DNA of 64,000 bases, taken from Acidobacteriota bacterium. Lineage in GTDB: Bacteria > Acidobacteriota > Vicinamibacteria > Vicinamibacterales > UBA2999. The DNA lies in assembly GCA_041178345.1 (NCBI GenBank), contig JBEGVQ010000048.1:1021-65020 (forward strand), written 5' to 3'. The translations under genes were made by a program, and so were the position numbers. Under the pieces are notes generated by a model. That model was not told the DNA's origin. It worked only from the letters and a program-made list of their open reading frames with translations, and did no database searches. How positions within the stretch are numbered: position 1 is the first letter of the stretch; each line of letters starts with the position of its first letter. Below, piece by piece: positions 52,418 to 61,575 of the stretch.

Positions 52418-53269
52418 ATGAGCAGGACCGACGTTCGCGTCGTGGTCCTCCTCCTGGTCGCGCTACTCGTCTGCCCTCCGGCGTTCGCGCAGACCGCGGC
52501 GGCTCCGGCCGTCGCTGCCACTCCCGTCCTCTCCGTTTCGGAAATTCGCGAGTTCCTGCTCACCGCCAAGGTCACGCGTTCGCGCGACATCGGCAAGGGG
52601 GTCACGAGTCCCAAGCGCCTGACCCTGACCAACGGCACGCTCACCCACGACGCCGCCTTCCAGGCGGTGGACGAGCGGCAGACCGTCGCCAACCTTTCTG
52701 GTGGCGGCCGCTCCGCGGCGGTCGAGATGAACTTCGTCGACTCCTACCGCTACAACCTCGGCGCCTATGCCTTGTCGCAGTTGCTGGGCCTCGACGAGAT
52801 GATGCCCGTGCACGTGGAGCGTCGCTGGAACGGCAAGATTGGCTCGCTGAGCTGGTGGGTGGACACCCTGATGGAAGAGGGCGAGCGGCTGAAGAAGAAG
52901 GTCCAACCGCCCGACGCGACCGACTGGAATCACCAGATGTACCGGATGCGCGTGTTTGCGGCGCTCACCCGGGATACCGATCGCAACACCGGCAACGTGC
53001 TGATCACCCCTGATTGGAAGGTGATGATGATCGACTTCACCCGCGCGTTCCGGCTGCAGACCGACTTGCTCTATCGCCAGGATCTGGCCAAGATCGATCG
53101 TGCGCTGCTACCCCGCCTGGAGGCCCTCACGACGGACGGCGTCAAGCAGGCCGTGGACAAGCACCTCACCGGGCCCGAGATCGACGCCGTGCTGAAGCGG
53201 CGAGACGTGATCGTCGCACACTTCAGGAAGCTGATCGCCGAGCTCGGCGAGGCCGCTGTTCTGTACTAG
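52418..53269 (+). CDS. secreted PI3/PI4-kinase-like fold protein
   Basis: Signal peptide ..LLVCPPAFAQ, then YRYNLGAYALSQLLGLDEMMP, LTRDTDRNTGNVLI (DxDRxxxN catalytic-loop-like) and MMIDFTRAF (IDFG-like). It starts 6 nt after the PAP2 stop. Confidence 0.5.
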   Translation: MSRTDVRVVVLLLVALLVCPPAFAQTAAAPAVAATPVLSVSEIREFLLTAKVTRSRDIGKGVTSPKRLTLTNGTLTHDAAFQAVDERQTVANLSGGGRSAAVEMNFVDSYRYNLGAYALSQLLGLDEMMPVHVERRWNGKIGSLSWWVDTLMEEGERLKKKVQPPDATDWNHQMYRMRVFAALTRDTDRNTGNVLITPDWKVMMIDFTRAFRLQTDLLYRQDLAKIDRALLPRLEALTTDGVKQAVDKHLTGPEIDAVLKRRDVIVAHFRKLIAELGEAAVLY

Positions 53270-53278
53270 TTTCCCTTG

Positions 53279-53299
53279 TCACTTCTCACGTCTCACCTC
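53279..53299. repeat. three tandem heptamers TCACTTC TCACGTC TCACCTC at the amidase 3' end
   Basis: The array spans the 23-nt convergent spacer and the last codons and stop of the amidase gene (stop at 53293-53295). Confidence 0.6.
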
Positions 53300-55761
53300 A
53301 CGGTCGATGGCGGACGACGGTGGCGGGTGGCGCGCTCGTAGGCGGCTGCCAATTCCAACAAGCGCTTGTCGTCCCACATGCGTCCCAGCAGCGAGATGCC
53401 GGCTGGATAGCGACCGTCGATGAAACCGGCCGGGACGGTCACCTGCGGCAGGCCCGTGGCCGCGCTTTCTTCGCAGGTGCCCGGCTCTGATCCGTAGCGC
53501 TCGAGTCCGCCCTCGTGGGTGTGAGGCCGCGCGTGGTTCGCCGGGAACAGCAGCGCGTCGAGCTTCTGCTGATCCATCAGGTCCACGAAGACCTGCCGGA
53601 AGGTTTCGCGGCCGGCGATGAAGCGGCGGGTCGCCTCCTCTCGCGCTGTGCCGGTTGGCACCGGCGCCAGCGCCCCTTCGAAGCGGCGCGCGCTGACCGG
53701 AGCGAGCTTTCCCGACGCGAGCAGGTCCTCGATGGTCAGCACCGTGTCGCCCGGCTTCGCGCCGCGGGAAAGATACGCGGTCCATCCATCGCGCAATGAA
53801 CCGGGGGCCGCCCCGCGCGCGGCCGCATACTTCGCGTCGTAGCCGGCTATCGCCACGTCGACCACGATCGCGCCGGCGGCCTGCAGTTCCTTGATCACGC
53901 GATCCATGTTCGCGGCCACCTCGCGCTCGCCGGTGAAGCCGACAAAGCGCTGCCGGAGCGCGCCGATGCGCTTGCCCTTGAGGGAGGCGGCGTCGAGGCC
54001 CTGCGCGAACGAACCCGTGATGCGGGTCGCGGCGCCAGCCGTCACCGGGTCCTCCGGGTCGGGGCCGGTCACCAGGTCGAGCGCCAGCGCCAGTTCGCGA
54101 ACCGACTTCGCCATTGGCCCAACTGCGTCGTTATAGGTATTGAGCGGCATGACGCCGGCCCGGCTGGTCAGCCCGCGGGTGGTGCGGATGGTCGCCAGCG
54201 CAGCGAACGACGCGGGGTTCGACAGCGAGTTGCAGGTGTCGGTGCCAAACGACAGCGCGGCCAGGCTGGCGGCCACCGCCGTCGCGCTCCCGCCGCTCGA
54301 TCCCGCCGTGCTGAGCGACGCATCGTACGCGTTGCCCACGGTCCCACCGATGGTGCTGATGCCGAAATCGCCGAACGGAAACTCGTCGAGGTTGGCCTTG
54401 CCGAGCACGACAGCGCCGCCCTGCTTCATGCCGGCGGCGACGCGCGAGTCGAGACGCGGCCGGTGATCGGCCAGCGCGAGCGAGCCGCCCGTAGTGGGCA
54501 GCTCCGTCGCATCGATGTTGTCCTTGTAGACGATCGGCACGCCGTGAAACGGGCTGCGCACACGGCCGCCGGCCCGCTCGGCGTCACGCGCGCGGGCGTC
54601 GGCCACCGCGCGCGGGTTGATGGACAACACCGAACGGAACGTGGGGCCCCGCCGATCGTAGCGGGACAACCGTGCCAGGTATTCGCGCGTGATGTCCTCG
54701 GCGGTCGTCAGGCCGCGGGTCATGGCGTCCTGCAGTTCGCTCACCGTCTTCTCGAACACGGTGAAGGGCGCCGGCGCGGCGCCGGCCGGCGGCCAGTTGG
54801 CCACCTGCGATCGCTGGAGCGCGGTCAGGCCGCCAAAGTCCGGCGCCGACGTGAGCTGCCTGGCGATGGCCGTGACGCGCGCGATCTCGGATCCGGCCGG
54901 CGGCACTTTCGCATCCGGCCCGGCATAGACCGCCTCACCGGTGACCAGGGCGTCCTTGAATGGAATTGGATAACCGCCGCGCGGATCGTAGACCTCGGAC
55001 AAGCCCTTCACCACGAACGTCACGAGCGCCGCGGTTTCGCCCGGCTGTAACCGCAGCGTGAAGACGTAGCCGATGTGCGCCGTATCGAGCCCGGGCCAGG
55101 CCGCGGCGAAGGGATCGCCGTACATGTCGCCGACCGACGTCAAGACGCCCCGCCGGGTGCCCAGCACGTGCGCCGAAGGTCCGTGGCCCGACGGCCCATC
55201 CGCCGGAATGGCCGCGCGGGCCGCATTCTGCATCATCGTGACGAAGCTGTCGGCCGTGTCGATCTGCTGGTCGCCGCTGGCGGTGACGGCGACCGTCGCC
55301 CGGCCGCCGTCTTCGCCCGCGCCGACCGCGCCGCCCCAGGCCACGCGGACCGTGCGGTCCTCGTCAGCGGTGTTGGTGAAGCTGTCGAAATAGCGCAGGT
55401 AGGCCGTGTCCCTGGTCGTCTTGATGGCGCGCGCGACCAGGATGCCTTCGTGCAGCACCGGGGTGGTCGAATCGAAACGTCCGGCGGCGTCGTGGTGCAA
55501 ACCGAACCCGCGCAGGTAATGGTTGCTGGCCAGCAGGGCATTGTCGGCTCGCCGCACCTGGAGCTTGAGGTAGCCGAAACCATTGAACGGGTTGGCGCGC
55601 CCGCCGGTGGCAATGCCGCCGCTGTCCTGCGACCACGGCGAGGTGTCCTGGATATCCCAGAACTGGCCATCGCCCGAGGGCACGCGGGTCACCGCCCCCA
55701 CGCTCATCACGCAGATCGCGGCGCCGGTCACAGCCAGCGCCAGGGCTTTCACAGTTCGCAT
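53293..55761 (-). CDS. secreted amidase-signature (AS) enzyme with ~330-aa unknown N-terminal domain
   Basis: AS core ..VYKDNID.. and GGSSGGSATAVAA...FGTDTCNSLSNPAS (variant of GGSSGG...GTDTGGSIR). Signal peptide MRTVKALALAVTGAAICVMSVGA. Confidence 0.75.
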   Translation of the reverse strand: MRTVKALALAVTGAAICVMSVGAVTRVPSGDGQFWDIQDTSPWSQDSGGIATGGRANPFNGFGYLKLQVRRADNALLASNHYLRGFGLHHDAAGRFDSTTPVLHEGILVARAIKTTRDTAYLRYFDSFTNTADEDRTVRVAWGGAVGAGEDGGRATVAVTASGDQQIDTADSFVTMMQNAARAAIPADGPSGHGPSAHVLGTRRGVLTSVGDMYGDPFAAAWPGLDTAHIGYVFTLRLQPGETAALVTFVVKGLSEVYDPRGGYPIPFKDALVTGEAVYAGPDAKVPPAGSEIARVTAIARQLTSAPDFGGLTALQRSQVANWPPAGAAPAPFTVFEKTVSELQDAMTRGLTTAEDITREYLARLSRYDRRGPTFRSVLSINPRAVADARARDAERAGGRVRSPFHGVPIVYKDNIDATELPTTGGSLALADHRPRLDSRVAAGMKQGGAVVLGKANLDEFPFGDFGISTIGGTVGNAYDASLSTAGSSGGSATAVAASLAALSFGTDTCNSLSNPASFAALATIRTTRGLTSRAGVMPLNTYNDAVGPMAKSVRELALALDLVTGPDPEDPVTAGAATRITGSFAQGLDAASLKGKRIGALRQRFVGFTGEREVAANMDRVIKELQAAGAIVVDVAIAGYDAKYAAARGAAPGSLRDGWTAYLSRGAKPGDTVLTIEDLLASGKLAPVSARRFEGALAPVPTGTAREEATRRFIAGRETFRQVFVDLMDQQKLDALLFPANHARPHTHEGGLERYGSEPGTCEESAATGLPQVTVPAGFIDGRYPAGISLLGRMWDDKRLLELAAAYERATRHRRPPSTVR

Positions 55762-55771
55762 GGCGCGAGTC

Positions 55772-55777
55772 TATACT
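55772..55777 (+). promoter_or_regulatory. -10-like TATACT 6 nt upstream of the ATG, inside a GCGAG...CTCGC inverted repeat
   Basis: The 22-nt divergent spacer reads gcGCGAGtcTATACTCTCGCc, followed by ATG 55784. Confidence 0.35.
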
Positions 55778-55783
55778 CTCGCC

Positions 55784-58700
55784 ATGCGCATCAGACACTT
55801 GACCGCGGTCCTGCTCGCCGTTGGCACGATTGGGTTTGTCACGTTGCGCGGCCAGGACCGCCAGGCCGCTGACGACACCGCGAAGCCCAGTGAGGGCTTT
55901 ACGCTCAAGACCGCCGAGACCATTGAGTTCACCACGGACGAAGTGACGTGGATGCAGGTGGACGTCTCGCCCGACGGCCGGACGATCCTGTTCGACCTGC
56001 TGGGCGACATCTACACCATGCCGATCGGGGGCGGCGAGGCCACACGCATCATGGGCGGGCTGTCGTTCGAGAGCCAGCCGGTATGGTCGCCCGATGGCCG
56101 CACCATCGCGTTCCTGACCGACCGCAGCGGTGTCGAGAACCTGTGGATCGCCGATGCCGACGGCAGCAACCCGCGCGCGGTCAGCAAGGACGGCAAGACC
56201 AACGACCGCCCGCAGATCATGGTCTCGCCCGAATGGACTCCCGATGGGCAGTACCTCGTGGTTTCGAAGTCGCGGCCGCCGGATCCCGGCACGTTCTGGT
56301 TGTTCATGTATCACCGCGACGGCGGCACGGGCGTCAGGGTTGGCGCCGCACCGCCTCCGCCGCCGGGTCCCGACGCCCAGGGACCGCCGCCTGCCCCGCC
56401 CGTGAACCGCATGGGCGCCACGGTGTCGCCGGACGGCCGCTACATCTACTACGCGCAGCGCACCGGCACCTTTACCTACAACGCGCGCTTCCCGCTCTGG
56501 CAGGTTCATCGTCACGATCGCGAAACGGGTGATGTGTCGCAAGTGACCAACGCGCAAGGCAGCGCCATGCGTCCGGCGATCTCGCCCGACGGCAAGTGGC
56601 TGGTGTTTGGCACGCGCCACAAGACGCAGACCGGCCTGCGCGTCCGCAACCTGGAAACCGGCGCGGAGCGGTGGCTCGCCTATCCGGTGACGCGTGACGA
56701 CCAGGAATCCCGCGCCAGCCGCGACACCCTGCCCCGCTACGACTTCATGCCCGACGGCAAGTCGCTCGTCGTGCCGGTGGCCGGGAAGCTCCAGCGCATC
56801 GACTTCGAGACCGGCGCCGCGACACCCATCCCGTTCACCGCCAGGGTGCAGGCCGAGATCGCGGCGCGCGTGTATACGCCGGTGCGCGTCGAAGACGGCC
56901 CCTCGGTCCGCGCCCGCCTGATCCGCTGGCCGACGCTCTCGCCGGACGGCACGAAGCTGGTGTTCAGCGCGATGAACCGGCTCTACATCAAGGACATGCC
57001 GAGCGGGGCGCCACGGCTCTTGACCAGCACCTCTGGCACCGCCGAAGGTGAATTCATGCCCGGTTGGTCGCCCGACGGCCGCTCCATTGTCTACACGACG
57101 TGGACGACGAGCGGCGGACAGATCAAGAAGGTGGCGGCCACCGGCGGATCGCCTGAAACGCTGACGCGCAGCGAAGGCTACTACCTGGATCCCACCTTCA
57201 CGCCCGATGGCACGCGCGTCGTCTACCTGGCCGGCGCCGCGTCGGATCAGCTGTATTCGATCCTGATGGACACGCCGCCCGAGACCGAACACGGCGACGA
57301 AGGGGCGCCGCGCGAGATTGGCGGCATCAGCCCGCCCAACACGCTCGAGATCCGCTGGATGCCCGCCGGCGGCGGCCCCTCGACGCTGGTGGCCTCGGCG
57401 CAGAATGGCCGGGGCCCGCAGTTCACGCGCAACGATTCGTCGCGCGTGTACCTCACCACCAACCGCGGACTGCAGTCGATCACGATGGACGGCCAGGATC
57501 GCCGCACCCACCTGCGCATCACGGGCGTCGGGCCCGGCAATAACCCGCCGGCGGCCGGCGACATCCGCCTCTCGCCCGATGGCACGCGCGCCTTCGTGAA
57601 CCTGCAGGAGAAGCACTACCTCGTCTCGGTGCCGCGCACCGGCCGCGAGACCGTCGAGGTCCGCATCCAGGGCCGAGCCGAGAACACCTCGCTACCGGTC
57701 AAGCGCATGTCGATGGAGGGCGGGGACTATCTGGACTGGACGGCCGACGGCGCCGCCGTGACCTGGGCCTGGGGCGCGCAGTTCTTCCACCAGCCGATCG
57801 CCGCGACCGAACCCGTGAAGACCGACGTGGTCGTCGAGTTGCCACGCGCCAGGCCGCAGGGCTCGGTGCTGCTGACCGGCGCGCGGATCATCACGATGAA
57901 GGGCGACGAGGTGATCGCCCAGGGCGACGTGCTGGTCACCGACAACCGCATTGCCGCGGTCGGCCGCCGCGGTTCGCTGAAGGCGCCCGCCGGCACCCGC
58001 ACGATCAACGTCGCCGGCAAGACCATCATGCCGGGCATGGTCGATGCCCATTCGCACATGTGGGCGCCGCGCGGCCTGCATCAAACCGAGATTTGGCAGT
58101 ATCTCGCCAACCTCGCGTACGGCGTGACGACGACACGCGATCCGCAGACCTCGACGCCGGATGTCTTTGCCTATGCCGACATGGTTGACAGCGGCCTGAT
58201 GCCCGGTCCGCGCGTCTACGCCACCGGCCCCGGCGTGTTCTCGGGGTCAGGGATCGAGGATCGCGACGCTGCCTTCCGCTTCGTCAAGCGCTACAAGGAG
58301 GCGTACCGCACCAACACCCTGAAGCAGTACGTCGCCGGCGACCGGATCGTCCGCCAGTGGATCATCGAGGCCTGCCAGGAGTACGGCATCACCGCCACCG
58401 TCGAGGGCTCGCTCGACCTGAAGCTGAACCTGACGCAGATAGCCGACGGCTACTCAGGCCAGGAACACAGCTTTCCCATTGCGCCGCTCTACAAGGATGT
58501 GACGACGTTCGTCGCGAAGACCAAGACGTTCTATACGCCAACCATCCTGGTGGCGTACGGCGCGCCGTGGAGCGAGAACTACTGGTTCCAGAACGCGAGC
58601 CCGGCGGAGGACGCCAAGTTGAAGAAATGGATTCCCTGGGAGCTGCTCGACGGCATGGTGCGACGCCGGCCACAGTGGTTCCTGCCGGAGGAGTACGGCC

Positions 58701-59101
58701 ACGCGCTGATCGCCAAGGGCGTAGCCGACGTCGTGCGGGCGGGCGGCAAGGCCGGCCTCGGCAGCCATGGCCAGCTGCAGGGCCTGGGCGCGCACTGGGA
58801 AACCTGGAGTCTCGCCTCGGGCGGCCTGACCCCGCTCGAGACGCTGCGCGTGATCACGCTGTCGAGCGCCGAGGCGATTGCCCTGCACCAGGACCTCGGC
58901 TCGCTCGAGGCCGGCAAGCTGGCGGACCTGCTGGTGCTCGATCGCAATCCGCTCGAGGACATCAAGAACACCAACACGATTCGCTACGTGATGAAGAACG
59001 GCGAGTTGTACGAAGCCGACACCATGAACATGATTTGGCCGATGGCGAAACCCTTGCCGAAACCATTCTGGTGGGGAACGGAGCCCCCTCTGCCAAAGTA
59101 G
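55784..59101 (+). CDS. TolB-like beta-propeller / amidohydrolase fusion protein (secreted)
   Basis: Start re-set to MRIRHLTAVLLAVGTIGF (ATG 55784). Repeated 'SPDG(R/K)..(V/A)F' propeller blades are followed by an amidohydrolase core (PGMVDAHSHMW, ..GSHGQLQG.., ..LEAGKLADLLVLD..). Confidence 0.8.
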   Translation: MRIRHLTAVLLAVGTIGFVTLRGQDRQAADDTAKPSEGFTLKTAETIEFTTDEVTWMQVDVSPDGRTILFDLLGDIYTMPIGGGEATRIMGGLSFESQPVWSPDGRTIAFLTDRSGVENLWIADADGSNPRAVSKDGKTNDRPQIMVSPEWTPDGQYLVVSKSRPPDPGTFWLFMYHRDGGTGVRVGAAPPPPPGPDAQGPPPAPPVNRMGATVSPDGRYIYYAQRTGTFTYNARFPLWQVHRHDRETGDVSQVTNAQGSAMRPAISPDGKWLVFGTRHKTQTGLRVRNLETGAERWLAYPVTRDDQESRASRDTLPRYDFMPDGKSLVVPVAGKLQRIDFETGAATPIPFTARVQAEIAARVYTPVRVEDGPSVRARLIRWPTLSPDGTKLVFSAMNRLYIKDMPSGAPRLLTSTSGTAEGEFMPGWSPDGRSIVYTTWTTSGGQIKKVAATGGSPETLTRSEGYYLDPTFTPDGTRVVYLAGAASDQLYSILMDTPPETEHGDEGAPREIGGISPPNTLEIRWMPAGGGPSTLVASAQNGRGPQFTRNDSSRVYLTTNRGLQSITMDGQDRRTHLRITGVGPGNNPPAAGDIRLSPDGTRAFVNLQEKHYLVSVPRTGRETVEVRIQGRAENTSLPVKRMSMEGGDYLDWTADGAAVTWAWGAQFFHQPIAATEPVKTDVVVELPRARPQGSVLLTGARIITMKGDEVIAQGDVLVTDNRIAAVGRRGSLKAPAGTRTINVAGKTIMPGMVDAHSHMWAPRGLHQTEIWQYLANLAYGVTTTRDPQTSTPDVFAYADMVDSGLMPGPRVYATGPGVFSGSGIEDRDAAFRFVKRYKEAYRTNTLKQYVAGDRIVRQWIIEACQEYGITATVEGSLDLKLNLTQIADGYSGQEHSFPIAPLYKDVTTFVAKTKTFYTPTILVAYGAPWSENYWFQNASPAEDAKLKKWIPWELLDGMVRRRPQWFLPEEYGHALIAKGVADVVRAGGKAGLGSHGQLQGLGAHWETWSLASGGLTPLETLRVITLSSAEAIALHQDLGSLEAGKLADLLVLDRNPLEDIKNTNTIRYVMKNGELYEADTMNMIWPMAKPLPKPFWWGTEPPLPK

Positions 59102-59128
59102 CCTCGGGCGCCAGCCGGAGCTTGCCGT

Positions 59129-59134
59129 TAGAAT
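59129..59134 (+). promoter_or_regulatory. -10-like TAGAAT 6 nt upstream of the S58 peptidase ATG
   Basis: ..ccgtTAGAATgacgctATG.. with no SD. Confidence 0.35.
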
Positions 59135-59140
59135 GACGCT

Positions 59141-60184
59141 ATGAACCGCACGGTCCCGGCTCTTGCGCTTGTGGCAGCGATCGCGGCAGTGCCGTCGGCT
59201 CAATCGCGGCCAAACGGCATCACCGCGGTCGAGGGCCTGCGAGCGGGACACTTCACGCTGACCGAGAAGCCGACGGGGTGCACCGTGATCCTCGCCGAGA
59301 AGGGCGCGACCGGCGGCGTGTCGGTGCGCGGCTCGGCGCCGGGCACGCGCGAGACCGATCTGCTGGACCCGTCCAACCTGGTCGAACAGGTGCACGCCGT
59401 CGTGCTGTCTGGCGGCAGCGCGTTCGGCCTGGACACGGCGACCGGCGTCATGCGCTACCTCGAAGAGCGCAAGGTGGGCTTCCCGTTTGGCGGCGCGTAC
59501 GTGCCGATCGTGCCGGCAGCGGTGCTGTTCGACCTGCCGGTGGCCGGCAAGCCGTTGATTCGGCCCGATGCGACCTGCGGCTATGCAGCCGCCAGGGCCG
59601 CCACGACGGGGGCGATTGCGGAAGGCACCATCGGCGCCGGCGCCGGCGCGACGGTCGGCAAGTTCGGCGGTGGCGGCAAGCCCATGAAGGGCGGCATCGG
59701 CACCGCCTCCATCACGCTGGCCTCCGGACTCACCGTTGCCGCCATCGTCGCCGTCAATGCCGCCGGCGACATCATCGACCCGGCGAACGGGCGCGTGGTG
59801 GCGGGCGCGTTGGCGGCCGATGGCAAGACGTTTCTGGACGCGCGCGTCATCCTCCGCAAGGGCGGCAAGGTGGACCAGCCCAGGCCGGCGGAGAACACCA
59901 CGATCGGGCTCGTTGCCACCAACGCGCGGCTCACGAAGGCCCAAGCGCGAAAGGTCGCCGACATGGCCCACGATGGTGTCGCTCGCGCCATTGTGCCGGC
60001 CCACACGTTGGCCGACGGCGACACCATCTTCGCGATCGCGACGGGATCGTTTGCTGGTGAGGTCAACATGACGGTGATTGGCGCGCTCGGAGCGGAAGTG
60101 ATGGCCGACGCGATCCTGCGCGCGGTCCGCGAAGCCACCAGCGTGCCCGGCTATCCGGCTGTCCGCGACCTGCGCCGGCCGTGA
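59141..60184 (+). CDS. P1/S58-family (DmpA-like) aminopeptidase
   Basis: ..GITAVEGLRAGHFT.., ..TGCTVIL.. and the self-processing/nucleophile region ENTTIGLVATNARLTK. Confidence 0.8.
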   Translation: MNRTVPALALVAAIAAVPSAQSRPNGITAVEGLRAGHFTLTEKPTGCTVILAEKGATGGVSVRGSAPGTRETDLLDPSNLVEQVHAVVLSGGSAFGLDTATGVMRYLEERKVGFPFGGAYVPIVPAAVLFDLPVAGKPLIRPDATCGYAAARAATTGAIAEGTIGAGAGATVGKFGGGGKPMKGGIGTASITLASGLTVAAIVAVNAAGDIIDPANGRVVAGALAADGKTFLDARVILRKGGKVDQPRPAENTTIGLVATNARLTKAQARKVADMAHDGVARAIVPAHTLADGDTIFAIATGSFAGEVNMTVIGALGAEVMADAILRAVREATSVPGYPAVRDLRRP

Positions 60185-61566
60185 ACGCTGCCCTGATCTT
60201 CCTGCTCGCCTACACGGCCGGCCTCACGGCCTTCGGCGTGTGGATCGGCCGGCGCGTCACCGGCGCGTCGGATTTCTTTGTCGCGGGCCGCAGCTTGTCG
60301 TGGCCGCTCATCGCCGGCACGGTACTCGCCGCCAACATCGGCGCGGGTACGACGGTCGGCGCAGCCGGCGTGGCGTATAAGGACGGCATCAGCGCCTGGT
60401 GGTGGAATGGGTCGGTCGGCCTCGGCACGCTCGCACTCGCGCTGTGGGTCGGACCACGACTGTGGGCCCTCGCTTCAGCGCGCGGCTATTTCACCCTGGG
60501 CGACTACCTCGAGGATCGGTTCAACGGCTCGGTCCGAGTGATCGTGGCCGGACTGCTGGCCATCGGTACGCTCGCCATACTCGCCGGGCAATTGATCGCT
60601 GGGGCCGCAATCCTGGAAGTCGTCGCGGGCACGGCCAGGTGGCAGGGTGTGCTGATCGGCGGCATCGCCATGACCCTGTACTTCACCGCCGGCGGGCTGC
60701 TCAGCTCCGTCTGGGTGAATGCGGTGCAGTTGACCGTCCTGCTCATCGGTATGCTCATAGCCGTGCCACTCGCGCTGACGTATGTCGGTGGCATGGAGGC
60801 AATTGCCGCCGCCCCTGATGTGCCGGCGACCTACTTCAATCCGATGTACTCGGCTGGCGGCATGTCCGGCTGGACGATGTTCCTGCTGCTGGCTCCGGGG
60901 CTGGTCGTGTCGCCGGGCCTGGTGCAGAAGGCATTCGGGGCGGTGAGCCTGAGGGCCGTGCGGGTTGGCATTGGCGTCGCCGGCGTCGCGCAGTTGGCTT
61001 TTTCGTTCCTGCCGGTGCTGCTCGGCATGGCCGCGCGGGTCAACCACCCTGGCCTCACGGACACGAACATCGTCTTGCCCACCGTGATCCTCAACGACTT
61101 GCCGGTGTGGTTCGGCGCGCTCGGTCTGGCGGCCATCTTCTCCGCGGAGGTCAGCACCTGCGACGCGATCCTGTTCATGCTGTCAACCTCGATCTCGAAG
61201 GACGTCTACCAGCGGTTCGTCGACCGCACCGCGTCACCTGACCAGGTGTTGCGCGTCGCCCGGATGGCGGCGGTCACCGGTGGCGTCATCGGCATGTTCA
61301 TGGCGATCCAGTTATCGACGGTCGCTGATGCCCTGCGCGTCTTCTACTCGCTCTTGATCGCGACGTTGTTCGTGCCGGTCGTCGGCGGCCTGGTCTTCAA
61401 GCGCGCCGGGGCGAGCCACGCCCTGGTCGCGATTGCATGCGGCATCGGCACGCTGCTGGCGGTGTACTTCGGCACCGACCGCCGAGGATGGTGGGATCCG
61501 GGCACGTGGGGCCTGGCCGCCAGCGCGACCGGGTTTGCGGTGATGTTGATGACGCGACGTAGCTGA
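60181..61566 (+). CDS. sodium:solute symporter (SSS) family transporter
   Basis: About 13 TM helices and ..DFFVAGRSLSWPLIAGTVLAANIGAGTTVG.., typical of the SSS family. GTGA overlap with the peptidase gene. Confidence 0.8.
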   Translation: MNAALIFLLAYTAGLTAFGVWIGRRVTGASDFFVAGRSLSWPLIAGTVLAANIGAGTTVGAAGVAYKDGISAWWWNGSVGLGTLALALWVGPRLWALASARGYFTLGDYLEDRFNGSVRVIVAGLLAIGTLAILAGQLIAGAAILEVVAGTARWQGVLIGGIAMTLYFTAGGLLSSVWVNAVQLTVLLIGMLIAVPLALTYVGGMEAIAAAPDVPATYFNPMYSAGGMSGWTMFLLLAPGLVVSPGLVQKAFGAVSLRAVRVGIGVAGVAQLAFSFLPVLLGMAARVNHPGLTDTNIVLPTVILNDLPVWFGALGLAAIFSAEVSTCDAILFMLSTSISKDVYQRFVDRTASPDQVLRVARMAAVTGGVIGMFMAIQLSTVADALRVFYSLLIATLFVPVVGGLVFKRAGASHALVAIACGIGTLLAVYFGTDRRGWWDPGTWGLAASATGFAVMLMTRRS

Positions 61567-61575
61567 CATCCGCGG

